Assembly (NCBI RefSeq): GCF_006345805.1
Contig: NC_043008.1
Coordinates: 65,968,001 to 66,032,000, forward strand
Direction of reading: 5' to 3'
DNA length: 64,000 bases
Source of the DNA: Octopus sinensis
Taxonomy: Eukaryota
Position 1 is the stretch's first letter. Each line of letters starts with the position of its first letter. The notes below the pieces were generated by a model, which was not told the origin of the DNA, did no database searches, and was given only the letters and a program-made list of their open reading frames with translations. Shown piece by piece: positions 26,949 through 40,100 of the stretch. The position numbers were made by a program, and so were the translations under genes.

Positions 26949-27266
26949 ATAAATCTCTGAACGAGGTATAAACAGTAGCTGCACAACAATGTGAAGTATA
27001 TTTGCCACTTAAATGTGGCTAACCACTAAGGGTGGATGCTACTGTAGCTTGTAGCCCCAGGAGAACATCTTCTCCAGCTGACTATTGACACACTTTCTTT
27101 CCCTTATCAGTAGTAGTACTACTAATATGGCTTCCCTTTGCAAATACTGATAGGGCACAGAAAGTGTGTCAATAGCCAGCTGGAGAAGATTTTCTCCTGG
27201 GGCTACAAGCTACAGTAGCATCCACCCTCAGTGGTTAACCACATTTAAGTGGCAAATATACTTCAC
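26949..27266. mobile_element. Fold-back element with 13-bp TSD, inserted in a MITE
   Basis: Arms at about 26990-27112 and 27145-27267; left-only 41-nt extension; TSD actctgcctttta at 26936-26948 and 27267-27279. Confidence 0.85.
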
Positions 27267-27711
27267 ACTCTGCCTTTTATTCTAATTAATTTTTGGAAAT
27301 GATGAAAAATTTTGTAAAATATTTTTGTCATTAGTAAGATGGTGTTTGGCATATAAGATAAATATGGGATTTTGATGGAAAGTTTTAGACCACTGTAAAA
27401 CAATAAGTTAGTATCATACAACCAGGGGCATTTTCAGTCAGATTGGTATCGGAGGCATTAACTCTTTTGTCACCACATTTCTACTGAAACACATTGCTTT
27501 TGTTTTAATTACATTTTTTTGAAAATAATGAAGTTAGTAAAATTACTTTGTCATTATTAAAATGATGTTTGGAACATAAACTAAGATGAAATTTCAGTGG
27601 AGATTTTTAATCAAGAGTATTTTAATCCTTCCGATACCAACCCGTCTGAGACTATCATTAGTTCTATTATGCAAATTCCCTGTTTTAAAGTGATGTAATT
27701 TAAAAACTTCT

Positions 27712-28117
27712 TTCTTTTCTTTTACTTTCTTTCATTTGTTTCAGTCATTTGACTGTGGCCATGCTGGAACACCAGCTTTAGTCAAGCAAAATCGACCCCA
27801 GGACTTATTCTTTGTAAGCCTAGTACTTATTCTATCAGTCACTCTTGCTGAACTACTAAGTTACAGGGACGTAAACACACCAGCATCAGTTCTCAAGCGA
27901 TGTTGGGGGGACAAACTCAGACACAGAAACATATACACATGCATACATATATACAACAGGCTTCTTTCAATTTCCGTTTACCAAATCCACTCACAAGGCT
28001 TTAGTCGGCCCGAGTCTATAGTAGAAGACACTTGCCCAAAGTGCCACACAGTGGGACTGAACCCGGAACCATGTGGTTGGTAAGCAAGCTACTTACCACA
28101 CAGTCACTCCTGCGCCT
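27712..28117 (-). mobile_element. SINE group A (CpG-decayed)
   Basis: Reverse complement of 1130-1565. Confidence 0.88.
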
Positions 28118-28436
28118 TCTATCAAAATTTCATGTTAATTTATGTTCCAAACACTAGTTTTAAAATGACAGAGGTGTTTTAATAAATTCTCCACTACTTT
28201 TAAAAATTAATTGAAACAGAGGCAGTGTATATCAGCAGAAATACAGCAACAAAAGGTTTAGAACAAGGGATGGTCATTGGTAGTTTGATATCAAAAGGGC
28301 TAAGCACACTCACAATTCTCCACATTACTCAACAACAAGTCTATATATAAATCATGTAGCTTTACATATCAATCTACATGTCAGTCATGTTAATCCACAG
28401 TGTCACATGTTAATCATGTAAATTGCGCATTGCTTA

Positions 28437-28442
28437 TTTAAT
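28437..28442 (-). terminator. Possible ATTAAA polyadenylation signal of PRCC
   Basis: First ATTAAA on the minus strand, about 45 nt after the stop. The motif is common in AT-rich DNA. Confidence 0.25.
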
Positions 28443-28484
28443 GAATATTCATAATTTCATCAGCTATGATTCTTAAGTCAACTC

Positions 28485-28571
28485 TTAAAAGCCATATTTT
28501 GCCTGCGTCTGTCGTTTGGTCATTTTGTTTTGAGACCACTGGTTTTTCAACTCAAGTTCACGTTCCTTTGC
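28485..28571 (-). CDS. PRCC: PRCC coding exon 7 (87 nt including stop)
   Basis: Acceptor TTTTCCTACAG; AKERELELKNQWSQNKMTKRQTQAKYGF-TAA. Confidence 0.96.
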   Translation of the reverse strand, partial: AKERELELKNQWSQNKMTKRQTQAKYGF

Positions 28572-31054
28572 CTGTAGGAAAACAAAAATAGATAAATAAT
28601 TACAAAGATACAGTTTAATTGACATTGGATGATTTAAATAGTAAATATCATAAAACTAAAGTAAGGTTCTATCAAACACAGGTCATGAATTTATATTTAT
28701 GTTAGAGATAACAATTCTAAATTTTGATGCAAGGTCAACAGTTTTAGTGGAAGGGAATAATCTATTACATCGACCCCAGTACTTGAATGATATTTTATTT
28801 TAACAACCCTAAAAAGATGAAAGGTGAAACTGAACTCAATGGAATTCAAATTCAGGATTTAAAGAGAGGAGAGTAATGTTGCTAAGCAGTTGGTCTAATG
28901 CATTAAAGATTCTGCCAGCTCAAAATTTTACTGATGTTATAAATAAACTGGCACTCTGCCAGTTATGACGAGACATGTTCCTGTTGATCAGATCAACAGA
29001 ACAGCCTGCTCGTGAAATTAACGTGCAAGCAGCTGAGCACTCCACAGACACTCATATCCTTAACACAGTTCTTGGTGAGATTCAACATGACACAAAATGC
29101 AACAAGGCAGGCTCTTTTAGAATACAGGTACAACTCATTTTTGCCAGCTGAGTGGATTGGAGCAACATGAAATAAAGTGTCTTTCCCAAGGACACAACAC
29201 TTCACCAGAAATCAAACACATGACCTTATGATCATAAGCCAATTACCATAAACCCTAAGCCATGTGCCTTCACATTATAAATAATGAACACAAGAATAAG
29301 ATTATCAGCACAATATAGCAGTTCTTAAACTATTTCATTTCCTGCCCTTTCTCTTTCTTCTAAGGCTTTTTCAAAAACCCCTTACTGCTATTTAACCCTT
29401 TCGTTACCAACCCGACTGAAACTGGCTCTGGCTCTGTAGTACAAATGTCTTGTTTTCATAAATTTTGAATAAAAATCTTCCACTATACCTTAGTCACAAT
29501 TAATGTTCCTAACACTAGCTTAATGATAATGAAGTTATTTTACTAAATTCTTTGCTATATTTAAAATTAATTGAAAGAAACACAGAGCATCTCAAAATAA
29601 ATACAGTAGCGAAAGGGTTAACAACACTTCCCTCTTTTTAATGTACATAAGCAAAATATCAAGCCACAGTAATTTAGTCCTGGGTTTAATGTGAGTGGCT
29701 ACGTAGCACAGCACCTACCAATTATATGCAAATATTTGATGCATCTCCACTTGACCGTGGTCAATGACCTAATCATTAGTACCTGGCTTTTGCTAAACTC
29801 AGACACACATTCTTTCAGCTTCACACATACACACAATGCAGTGTCTCGTAACAATCACTCGTGTGGTGCCTCATTAAAGCACCCAGCACATTGTGTAAAG
29901 TGGTTGATGTTAGGAAGGGCATCAATCTGTAGAAACAATGCCAAATCAGACTGGAATCTGGTGCAGCTCCCCAGATTGCCAGCTCTGGTCACACTGTCCA
30001 ACCTATGCCAACATGGACAATAGACGTGAAACAATGATGATGATGATATACACACATGCACACCACCACCAAACTTGCAAGCTGAAATTTATCTTTATGT
30101 CCTAATTTATAGTTGTTGTTATTGTTATTCTTATTATTGTCATTGTAGTTACAAATGAGGATAACAAGTTTAACATAATATTAATGAACTTTTTTTTTTT
30201 TTTTCACATTTACATCAGGTGCAATTGTGGCTGTGTGGTAAGAAGTTAACTTCCCAACCACATGGTACCAGGTTCAGTTCTACAGCATGATATGTACCTT
30301 GGGCAAATTTCTTCTACAATAGACTCAGGTTAACTAAAGCTTTGAATCTGATAGACAGAAACTGAACGCAAACTGTTGTGAAATTGTGCGAAGCAATACA
30401 TCAAAATATTTATAAATTCCATCTTTGGATAACTATTATTACTACTATATTTGTTGTATGTTATATCAATGCAGCTTGGTATGATCCCATAAAACTGCTG
30501 TTGCAACTTTGGAATCACTAAGCTGTAGCTGACATAATAACACAGGTACTTTCATGTGCATACTCAAATGCTTAAAGGATATATCATCATCATCATCATC
30601 ACCATCTAACATCAGTTTTCTATACTGGCATGGCTTGGATGGTTTCGGAGAGACTGGTTAGGCAGAAGACTGCACCAGGCTTCAGTTTGTTTTGGCAGGG
30701 CTTTTATATATATATAGGTGGGGAGGGGCTCCAAAAAGGGGCCCCAGGGAATAGTGTCTCTGCTTTCCTGAGCTAGTTTTCCACCACATTTCTTAAAATT
30801 TGTGGTAGAGGCCTTGGTCTCAGGGACCAGTCATGTCTAGAAACTGAAGTCGGGGGTAAGCAAGGGCAGGCTCCCCATAGAAAATCCAGCTCCAAAAAAG
30901 CATCATGAAAGTAGAGGAGAATGGGCACTAGCCAGCCCCAAGGATGGAGTGGGCTGCACCTGCCTACCTCGGTTGCTATGGCATTGAGGTAGATCCAGTC
31001 ATCCCTATTAACGGGGACAAAATCCAGATTTAAAACACTGGATGATGATGATGA

Positions 31055-31100
<46 letters not shown>

Positions 31101-34100
31101 TGCTCCTTTTAATTTGCTTCTACCAAATCCAGTCACAAGGCTTTGATCAGCCCAAAGCTATAGAAGACGCTTGGCCAAGGAGCCATGCAGATGGATTGAA
31201 CTTGGAACCAGGTAGTTGGGAAGCAAACCTCTTACTAACAGCCACAGCTGCACCTATAAAAATACCAAATGTTAATACTGACCACATAGTGATAATAAAA
31301 GACAAACTATAACTACAGTTTGATCTGAGTGTTGTTTAGCGATTACAAAATTCTGATAAGATAAACTATGATAGTTAATCTCATATTTTCGAAATAACGT
31401 GATCAAGTGACCAACCAGGCTGTCAGTTGTTGTTACACATCGCTGGTCACAATGCATTTAGCATTGTTTTAGCCTTCAAATGACACCACCCTGCTGGCTA
31501 GGCAAGCAGGTTCAGCATTCCACCACCACCACCACCACCGAAAGGCGGGCTGGAGCAACGTGAAGTGGTTTGCTCAAGAACACAATGTGCTGCTCACTCA
31601 GGGAAGCGAACCCACGATCTAGCGATCATGAGTGCAACAGTCTGCCACAAAGCCACCTGCCTTCACATTTCAAAACATGGTTTACAAAGTTTTGTAATAT
31701 AAACTACATACAAAATACGAAGCTTTCGATATGAAATACGTAGAAAAAAATTATTGAAAACTGAAATCGTACAACCATAATTGAAATGGTGAAAAAATAC
31801 TACTTTTCTAATTACATACTTGTATAAACATTTGCGCACCACATACTCACATATATATGTACATACATATAGGCGCAGGAGTGGCTGTGTGGTAAGTAGC
31901 TTGCTAACCAACCACATGGTTCTGGGTTCAGTCTCACTGCGTGGCATCTTGGGCAAGTGTCTTCTGCTACAGCCCCGGGCCGACCAATGCCTTGTGAGTG
32001 GATTGGTAGACGGAAACTGAAAGAAGCCCGTCGTATATATGTATATGTGTGTTGTGTGTCTGTGTTTGTCCCCCCAAATCGCTTGACAACCGATGCTGGT
32101 GTGTTTACGTCCCGTCACTTAGCGGTTCGGCAAAAGAGACCGATAGAATAAGTACTGGGCTTACAAAGAATAAGTCCCGGGGTCGATTTGCTCGACTAAA
32201 GGCGGTGCTCCAGCATGGCCGCAGTCAAATGACTGAAACAAGTAAAAAAAAAAAAAAAAAAGAGTATACATATGTATAGTAATACATCTTGATGTAAGGC
32301 CGATAATCGAAAATAGTTCGAAAATGTTTTTAAGGGAAGTAACTCTGGGCAAAGAGTTGTCGTTCTTAATAGTAACGTTATTATGTAATGGGAAACGGGA
32401 AGAGAACGGCAAAGAGGGAAAGGAAAAAAGAGAAGGATAAAATGGGGGAAAAAGTGGAAGAGAATGCAGAAAAAAATGAAGTGCCTAGAGAGAAGGTCGC
32501 TATGCTTGTAGCTTTCACAGGCCGTCCTGAGACCAGTGAGATTCATGTGGTTAATGATCTTGAAATTGTAAATGAATATCATCATCATCATCATCGTTTA
32601 ACGTCCATTCTCCATGCTAGCATGGGTTGGACGGTTCGACCGGGGATCTGGGAAGCCAGAAGGCTGCACCAGGCTCCGGTCTTATCTGGCAATGTTTCTA
32701 CAGCTGGATGCCCTTCCTAACGCCAACCACTCCATGAGTGTAGTGGGTGCTTTTTACGTGCCACCTGCACTGGTGCCAGGCGAGGCTGGCATCGGCCACG
32801 GTCGGATTGGTGCATTTTACGTGCCACCTGCACGGAAGCCAGTCGAGTGATATGAAAAACGGGCAGGGCAAGAATTCCAGAGGACTGGTATTTAAGAGAA
32901 GACGAATTTGACAAAGACATGGATGCAATATGGTTTATCAAAATATTCCAGCCGCACTAAAGTATGTGGTGCTGATAATAAACATATAAAAAAAAGGAAG
33001 AAAAACTTACCTGATAGGCAAGGTATGTGATCTGATGTTTGTTTCGAGATTTCTTGCTAGGGGCATCCTTATTTTTCTTGTAAGAATGTCTTGGCATTTC
33101 TTGAGTGAGTGTCTTTGTAAGTAACGATTTGTCAATGAAGTCATCAGCATTGACATTCATTAGTTGAATTTGTTCCTTGCCTCGTTGATTCTTGCCCTGC
33201 AAGCGTTGGAACTACAAAAGAAGAACAATCATAGAGAATGGTAACAGCAACGGCAGTGGCAGAGGTGTTATAACCAGTGGTACAGCTAGAGTACACTGCT
33301 CCTGGGGTAAGCCGCAAAAATGTTCCCCCCACCTTACAAAATCCACGATATTATATAGTACTTATTTGTTATAAGTAATTAATGTTTTAAAGCAATATTT
33401 TAGGAATAATTACTTTACCAGGGTTCATTTACCTGCCGGTTTGGTACAGCCTGTAATTCAAAATATATTTTTTGAATGTTTACTTCTACAAAACCTCCTT
33501 ATTTTAACCATTTTAATGCACCAGTATCCCCCCCCCCCATTGAAACATTAAAGAACCTAATGTGTGAAATGAGATATAATAAAAAAAATACAATTGTTTA
33601 AATTTCGTTTCTGGATTTGGCTTGCAAGATTCTTTATATGAGTTCGTGTGTTGAAGCATATTCTGTTGTGTCTGGGGAGAGTCATTTTCTTTTTGTACCT
33701 TATAATTTAACACACTCACCGGTGAAATTTCCACTTATTCCTTAATTTTATTTTCCTAAAATTTTCGTTGCGTCTTGCAATCTTTTAAATAGTCCTGAGT
33801 CAAGACTATTGAAAAGGTTGCAAGACGCAACAAAAATTTTAGGAAAATAAAATTAAGGAATAAGTGGAAATTTTACCGGTGAATGTGTTAAATTATAAGG
33901 CACAAAAAGAAAATACTCTCCCCAGACACAACAGAATTGTTTAAAGTCTCATCTTTCTTGCTTTTGATGAGGCGAATTGAGCGATTATATCTTCAAAATC
34001 AGTTTCATCTGTCTCTTCCCTTTCACTGCTCAGAAGAGTAAGATCATGCATGCAGTCCTGCAACATTGATGTCTGCAAATATGATAGGATTAACTTCAAC

Positions 34101-37100
34101 TTGCCGAACGATCGCAATTGATACAGTTATTGTGGGAAGTATCTGAAGGCCAATGCACAAATTCAGAAAAAAACATTATCTCCATATCGAACAATGCATT
34201 CCAGGAGTTTTTCTGGTTTCGTTATCACAGATTTTGTGATAACCGAGTGCAGAACCGAGTAGTCAATTCTGCACGCCCACTTCAATCAGCACCCTACCCC
34301 ACCTAGTTACACTACTGGTTATGGCAGAGGTGACAGCAGCACATACACATATATGTGTTCTAAGTTTCCATTTACCATTTTCCACACACAAGGAATGAGA
34401 TTACTTTTTTAAAAAAATTTATGTTGTATGTCTATAGCAGAATTTGAACTGATGACCTTTTAGATATTATTCTTTTACACGTTTCAACACAAACACTGTG
34501 GCCAATCTGAACTCAGAACATAATTACAGACAAAATGCCACTGAGCATTTTGGCCAGCATGCTAATGGTTCTGCCTGTTTGCTGCATAATCTCACAGACT
34601 TTGCAACCCACTCACTAAATATCATACAAATATTGATTTCTTAATTACATTGAAAGTCAATTATTGAAAGAAAGAGATGTAGCTGACTGCTTCAGTAGTA
34701 ATGGTATATAACTGGTATGTATTCTACATCATCAAGCTGGGTGATCCTAACCTTGTGGGCTAGTGGATGCTGGTGCCACATAAAAAGCACCTGTGCCTCT
34801 ACCATATAAAAGCAAAAAAGCAGCCATGCTGGTGCTGCATAAAAGCACCCAGTACACTCTGTAAAGTGGTTGGCATTAGGAGGGAATCCAGCAGAAGAAA
34901 CCATGACAAAACAGACATGAAGCACAGGTAGCTCTTCAGCTAGCCAGTGTCGGTCAAACTTTCCAACCCATGATAGCATGGAAAACAGACGTTTGATGGT
35001 GAAGAGGATGATAATGATTTGTTTCATCATCATCATCATCGTTTAACGTCCGTTTTCCATGCTAGCATGGGTTGGACGGTTCAACCGGGGTCTGGGAAGC
35101 CAGGAGGCTGCACCAGGCTCCAGTCTGATCTGGCAGTGTTTCTACAGCTGGATACCCTTCCTAACGCCAACCACTCCATGAGTGTAGTGGGTGCTTTTTA
35201 CGTGCCACCGGTACAGGGGCCAAAGGAGGCTGGCAAATTGCCACAATCTCTAGGAATTAATAAAATGAGACCAAATTGCTTCAGGTGGAATTTGAACCTG
35301 GGATCAAAAGGGATAAAATCCTAATAAACATGGCAAGACATTTCATAATCATTTGTGTTATATTTTCATTAACAAATATGTTTGTTATAAGAGCAACACA
35401 ATCACAATCACCACCTTACCTGTTCGTCCTGAAGAAGTGTGTCAATGTTCATAGATGGACCTCCAAGCTCAGTGTCATCATCAGGAGTTACTAAACTGTC
35501 CTGCTCTGGCTGTACTAATTCCTGCAAGACAAATGTGTGAAAACCATTAATCATGAATATTTAAGCATGAGTAGAAGAGACACTATGCATAATCTGCAGA
35601 GTGCTTCTTACAATAGAAGTGGGGTAGACAACTGAGTAATGTTGTTTTAAATTTAGAAACAAACAGCATGTGTTTTATTATTTACATTTAACAGATATTT
35701 GTCCTCATCTTGTTTGTTGTTAACACGTTTTGGCTGATATACCCTCCAGCCTTCATCAGGTATCTTGGGGAAATTTCAAACCTAGGTTCTCATTCCTAAG
35801 GTATTTTTCGATGTTGTTGTTGTTATTATTATTGTTATTATTTTTTATTATTATTAACCGCTACGCCATATGCCCATGGGCCTATGGCGTAGTGGTTAAG
35901 AGCGCGAGCTACTAACCCGAAGATTCCAAGTTCGATACCAGGCAGTGACCTGAATAATAATAATAATAATAATAACATTGAAAAATACCTTAGGAATGAG
36001 AACCCAGGTTCGAAATTTCCCCAAGACACACCTGATGAAGGCTGGAGGGTATATCAGCCAAGACATTGTGTTAACAACAAACAAAATGAGGACAAATATC
36101 CATCAAATGTAAATAAGGTACATAATTTCTCGTCCCTTAAATATAGAACTGTATTGGCATGTGTTTTGATAAGAATAATTCTGTTCTTATCAGGCCATGA
36201 GTGACAGATTTGGTGTTTGCAGATGATGAAGTGAAATGACACAGAAATATCCTATGAGCCAACAACATCATTTACAGCCCATCCTATGTTTTAACACATG
36301 CTGAAGATGAGATTCTCTCTCAGGACTATTACTGCAGTGATAGGTCTTCTCACAGTCAAGTGCACTTGAATGTGTTGAATACAACTTAACAAATATACAG
36401 AATGGTTGGTATCAAGAAGAGCATCCAGCCACACAAAAAAACTGTCAAAATGGACACAGTAGCCTAGTGTAGTTTTCTACCTGGCCAGCTCTTGTCAACC
36501 ATCCAACCTATGCATGCATGGAGCCATTCAAGAATTTGGATCTGGAGATCTCCATTTCCAGCGACTTCGAGGGCCACCTCCCAGTGGTGTCGGGCGTCAA
36601 CGAAGAGCCCTTGATTACAACAAGATGGCCAAAGTTGTTTTTTTCCACGGTCTGGGGTCTCCCACCCTTAAGCCCTAGACCATCAACTAATCACCCTTAC
36701 CCATCTTGTTGCTTAACAACAACAACAACTGCATGCGTGGAAGACCAGACATTAAATGATGATGATGATGACATGTGTATATATATGTGTGTGTGTGTAT
36801 GCATTGACACACACACACACATGCATATTTGTTTGAAAATTCATTTGAAGCATCACAAGCAAAATGGTGAGTTTAATAAAACCACATGGCAATGCAAGAG
36901 AGAAACAATATGGAATAAGATATGGTGTTACCAATAAGTAACACACAAAGATGTAGTAATTCTTCTTTTAATACTCCAACATTTTGGGATAAGAAATTTC
37001 TTCTTCAGGTTATATAAGAAGAGACTTCCAAGTCAGTTCATAATCAGCACAATCTGGTTATCAACTAATTCAGAGAACTCTTCTCACACTACAATTTTTT

Positions 37101-40100
37101 ATGTCCTGAAATACTGAAATATTAAAATTGGAATTTTAGACATTTCTGTATCTTTCTCCGTTATTTATTGTCACAATCATCTTTAATCTGTTTTTATTTC
37201 TCACTTGCATTGCCATACGGTTTTATTAAAACTCACAATTTTGCTCACATATGTATAGAGAGAGAGAGAAAGGGACAGATATACATATATCATCACCATC
37301 ATCATTTAACTTCCACTTTGATGATGATTATGTTGATGATAGTGTGTGAGAGAGAGAGGGGAGAGAGAGAGAAAGAGCAAAGTGGTGTGTTTGGGCATCT
37401 TTCAGTTCCTATCTACTAAATTCACTCAGACAAGGCTTTAGCTGGCCCAAGGCTTTAGAACAAGACATTTGTTAAGCAACAAGATGGGTAAGGGTGATTA
37501 GTTGATGGTCTAGGGCTTAAGGGTGGGAGACCCCAGACCGTGGAAAAAAACAACTTTGGCCGTCTTGTTGTAATCAAGGGCTCTTCGTTGACGCCCGACA
37601 CCACTGGGAGGTGGCCCTCGAAGTCGCTGGAAATAGAGATATCCAGATCCAAATTCTTGAATGGCTCCATGCATGCATAGGGACTGAACCCAAGACCACG
37701 TATCTGAGAAGCAAACTTCTTTATCATGTGCCCATGCCTAAGCCTGCTGTCCATAGTGATTCCAAACAACAATACAAAACACATAACTATGAAGAACTAC
37801 AGCAGAATTAAAGTTGAAATAAAGCTACTTACTTCAGGCTGCACATAATATTCTGCATAATCCTTTTGCATGACATCGGTGGCAGATGGCACAAGTGGAG
37901 AGACTGTAGTTTGTTGCCATGGAACTGAAGGAATGGAAGAAAGGGAATGGAAAGTAGAAGTGATGGTAGAAGAAATGGTGGCTGAGGGTTGGGTGAATGA
38001 TCCATCTGTCTGTCGGGGTATTTGGGGTTTTGAGTCCAGAGAGAAAAAATTTGAACTGCTGTCATCATCATCATCATCATCATCGCTGTTATAACCAGTC
38101 ACACCAAGGATGCTTTTCTTAACTGCTGGCTTCTTGGGTATGGAACTTGATGGTGGCTTCTTTGTTGCACTTTCTGCTGCTTCAGGTCTTTTGTTTAGGG
38201 TGTAGGGTATAAACGTCCGGTTACTTTGTTTCACAGAAATGTGTCTTGGAGGAGGAAGGATGTCCAACAAACGGCTTTTGCCCTTTAAAAACAAGAGAGA
38301 AATAATCAAATAATTAAGAAATGGAAATCACAGAAATCATATAAAAAGAATCTTCAAGAAAATATAGAATAATGATATAGATAATGTTGTGTTAGCATAT
38401 AGTTTTGGATATATTAATTTGACAAGATCTTATCAAAACATCCAGCTCAGGAAAACAAGGGACATAGACATTAAATGATGATGATGATGATGATGATGAA
38501 ATATCATATATATATATATATATGTATATAGTTTTACTGTTTTACCTCCATCTCTCCAATGATGAGATATTTGTATTATGTGAATTTGTTACATGTCAAC
38601 ATGATCCACTTGATCAGGTATTCCAGAAACAGCTGTATGAGACTTTATTTATCTACCATAACTGTTTCATGCTTTATTTATACTCTTTATGATGAAGTAA
38701 ATATCCTCAAGTAATGTCAACTGCTTTGCTTGTCCATCTTCCATTTATATATATAACTAGCAGTATCGCCCGGCGTTGCTCGGGTTTGTTTCGACCCGCT
38801 GGAATTGTAATTTTGAAAAGTAAAAATTTTGTGAACATTTTTCTGGTCGAAATACACCGAAAAGTGGCGACACAGCAGTGAAAAAATCGTAAAAAATAGG
38901 GATTTTCATAGAAAAAAGCATCTTTTTGATGTAAATAATTTTTGGTGTTAACATGGTCCGATTTGAATTTTATGTTCTACGGAAGGAAGAGCAACCCTTC
39001 TTCTACCATACTCTCAATTTTGGTCAACTTGCGCCGCAGGGTCTCGGAGGAGATAGTGTTAGTTGAAGGTTACCATTCTAGGTGCCTGAGTAACAACCTC
39101 GCGGATTTACAGATAAATGAATTAATTACTATTTTACAGAATAAAATTAAATAATTCTTGAAAATTAATTAATATTAATATTTTTTGAACAAAGTAAATA
39201 ATTTTTAAAACTTAAATAATAATTTTTTTTACACAAACGCGAACGGGGATAAGGGGGTGGCGAATTCGATTTACATACCTAAATTTTTTCTTTTTCATGA
39301 CATTGTAGCAAAATACCAGCAGTACATTTTTTTTTCTGGGGTATTTTTTTTCAACCTCGTCACATATTTGCCCCTTTCAATTTAAACAAAGTCTTAATTA
39401 AGCAATTACGGCAGCTTAGCAATGGTTTCAATACAGGCGTGACATGTGTATCTCAATTGTTCAAAACCCTTCGAATTTTTTCGCACGTGATGATATCATA
39501 GTGAAAACTTTCAATTACGCGCGCTTAGAAGTACGCTCGCAAATTAATACTACCAAAATTTTGAAGTTCGCGCTCCGCTTGTGTGTGTGTGTGTGCGTGC
39601 TTTAGGTGTACGTAGGTATGTGTTTTTGGGTGTGTGTCACTGAAGCCATACATACATATATACATACATAACCTATCTCTCTCTTTTCTCTCTCAGTCAC
39701 TCACTACAAAAAGTGAATAAAAAAAGTTCAGTTATTTCTGTCTTTCACTCTGTCTGTCTCTTTACACACACTAACAAAAGCACTTCACTTACACACCACA
39801 CTTTCTGTCGCACAACCCATCAAACACACACACACACACACACTCACACATGTACATCAATGCTTTCGGAGTGAAATGTTAAAATATTGAGTTTTCTCGA
39901 ATTTTGTCTTAATTGGGGGTGAAATTGAAAGAAATATATTATGGCATGACCGAATGAAGTACTTTGAAAAATCTTAGGTAAACTCTAATTGAAGAAATTG
40001 TGTGAGGAGTAAATCGTTATGTATTTATTTGTTTCTGTTTGCTGTGTTTTTTTATTTTTTGAGTAGTGGTTTAAATACTTTCAGTTTAGTCTTCCTCAAA

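Larger units (their letters stand above)
26903..28260. mobile_element. Cluster of three TTAA-type MITE copies (about 26903-27461, 27458-27610, 27622-28260) with nested insertions
   Basis: Homologous to the intact MITE at 29396-29617 (ttatgttccaaacac, ttttactaa, aattaattgaaac blocks). Confidence 0.7.

Noticed and set aside
27140-27172. CTGATAG...GAAAG in the fold-back arm as a hammerhead
   Set aside because: No stem II or stem III can form.
35878-35950. Possible tRNA gene
   Set aside because: A and B boxes are present but the acceptor and anticodon stems pair poorly, and it sits inside a TSD-flanked element. Treated as a SINE head.
36518-36937. Duplicated 'MEPFKNLDL' ORFs as a small gene pair
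   Set aside because: Both run into unrelated repeats and reflect the 213-bp inverted duplication.
38550-38645. Hammerhead-like ATGATGA...GAAACAGCTGTA between (TA)n tracts
   Set aside because: The 3' half is typical, but position 3 is wrong and stems I and II do not pair convincingly. At most a decayed remnant.
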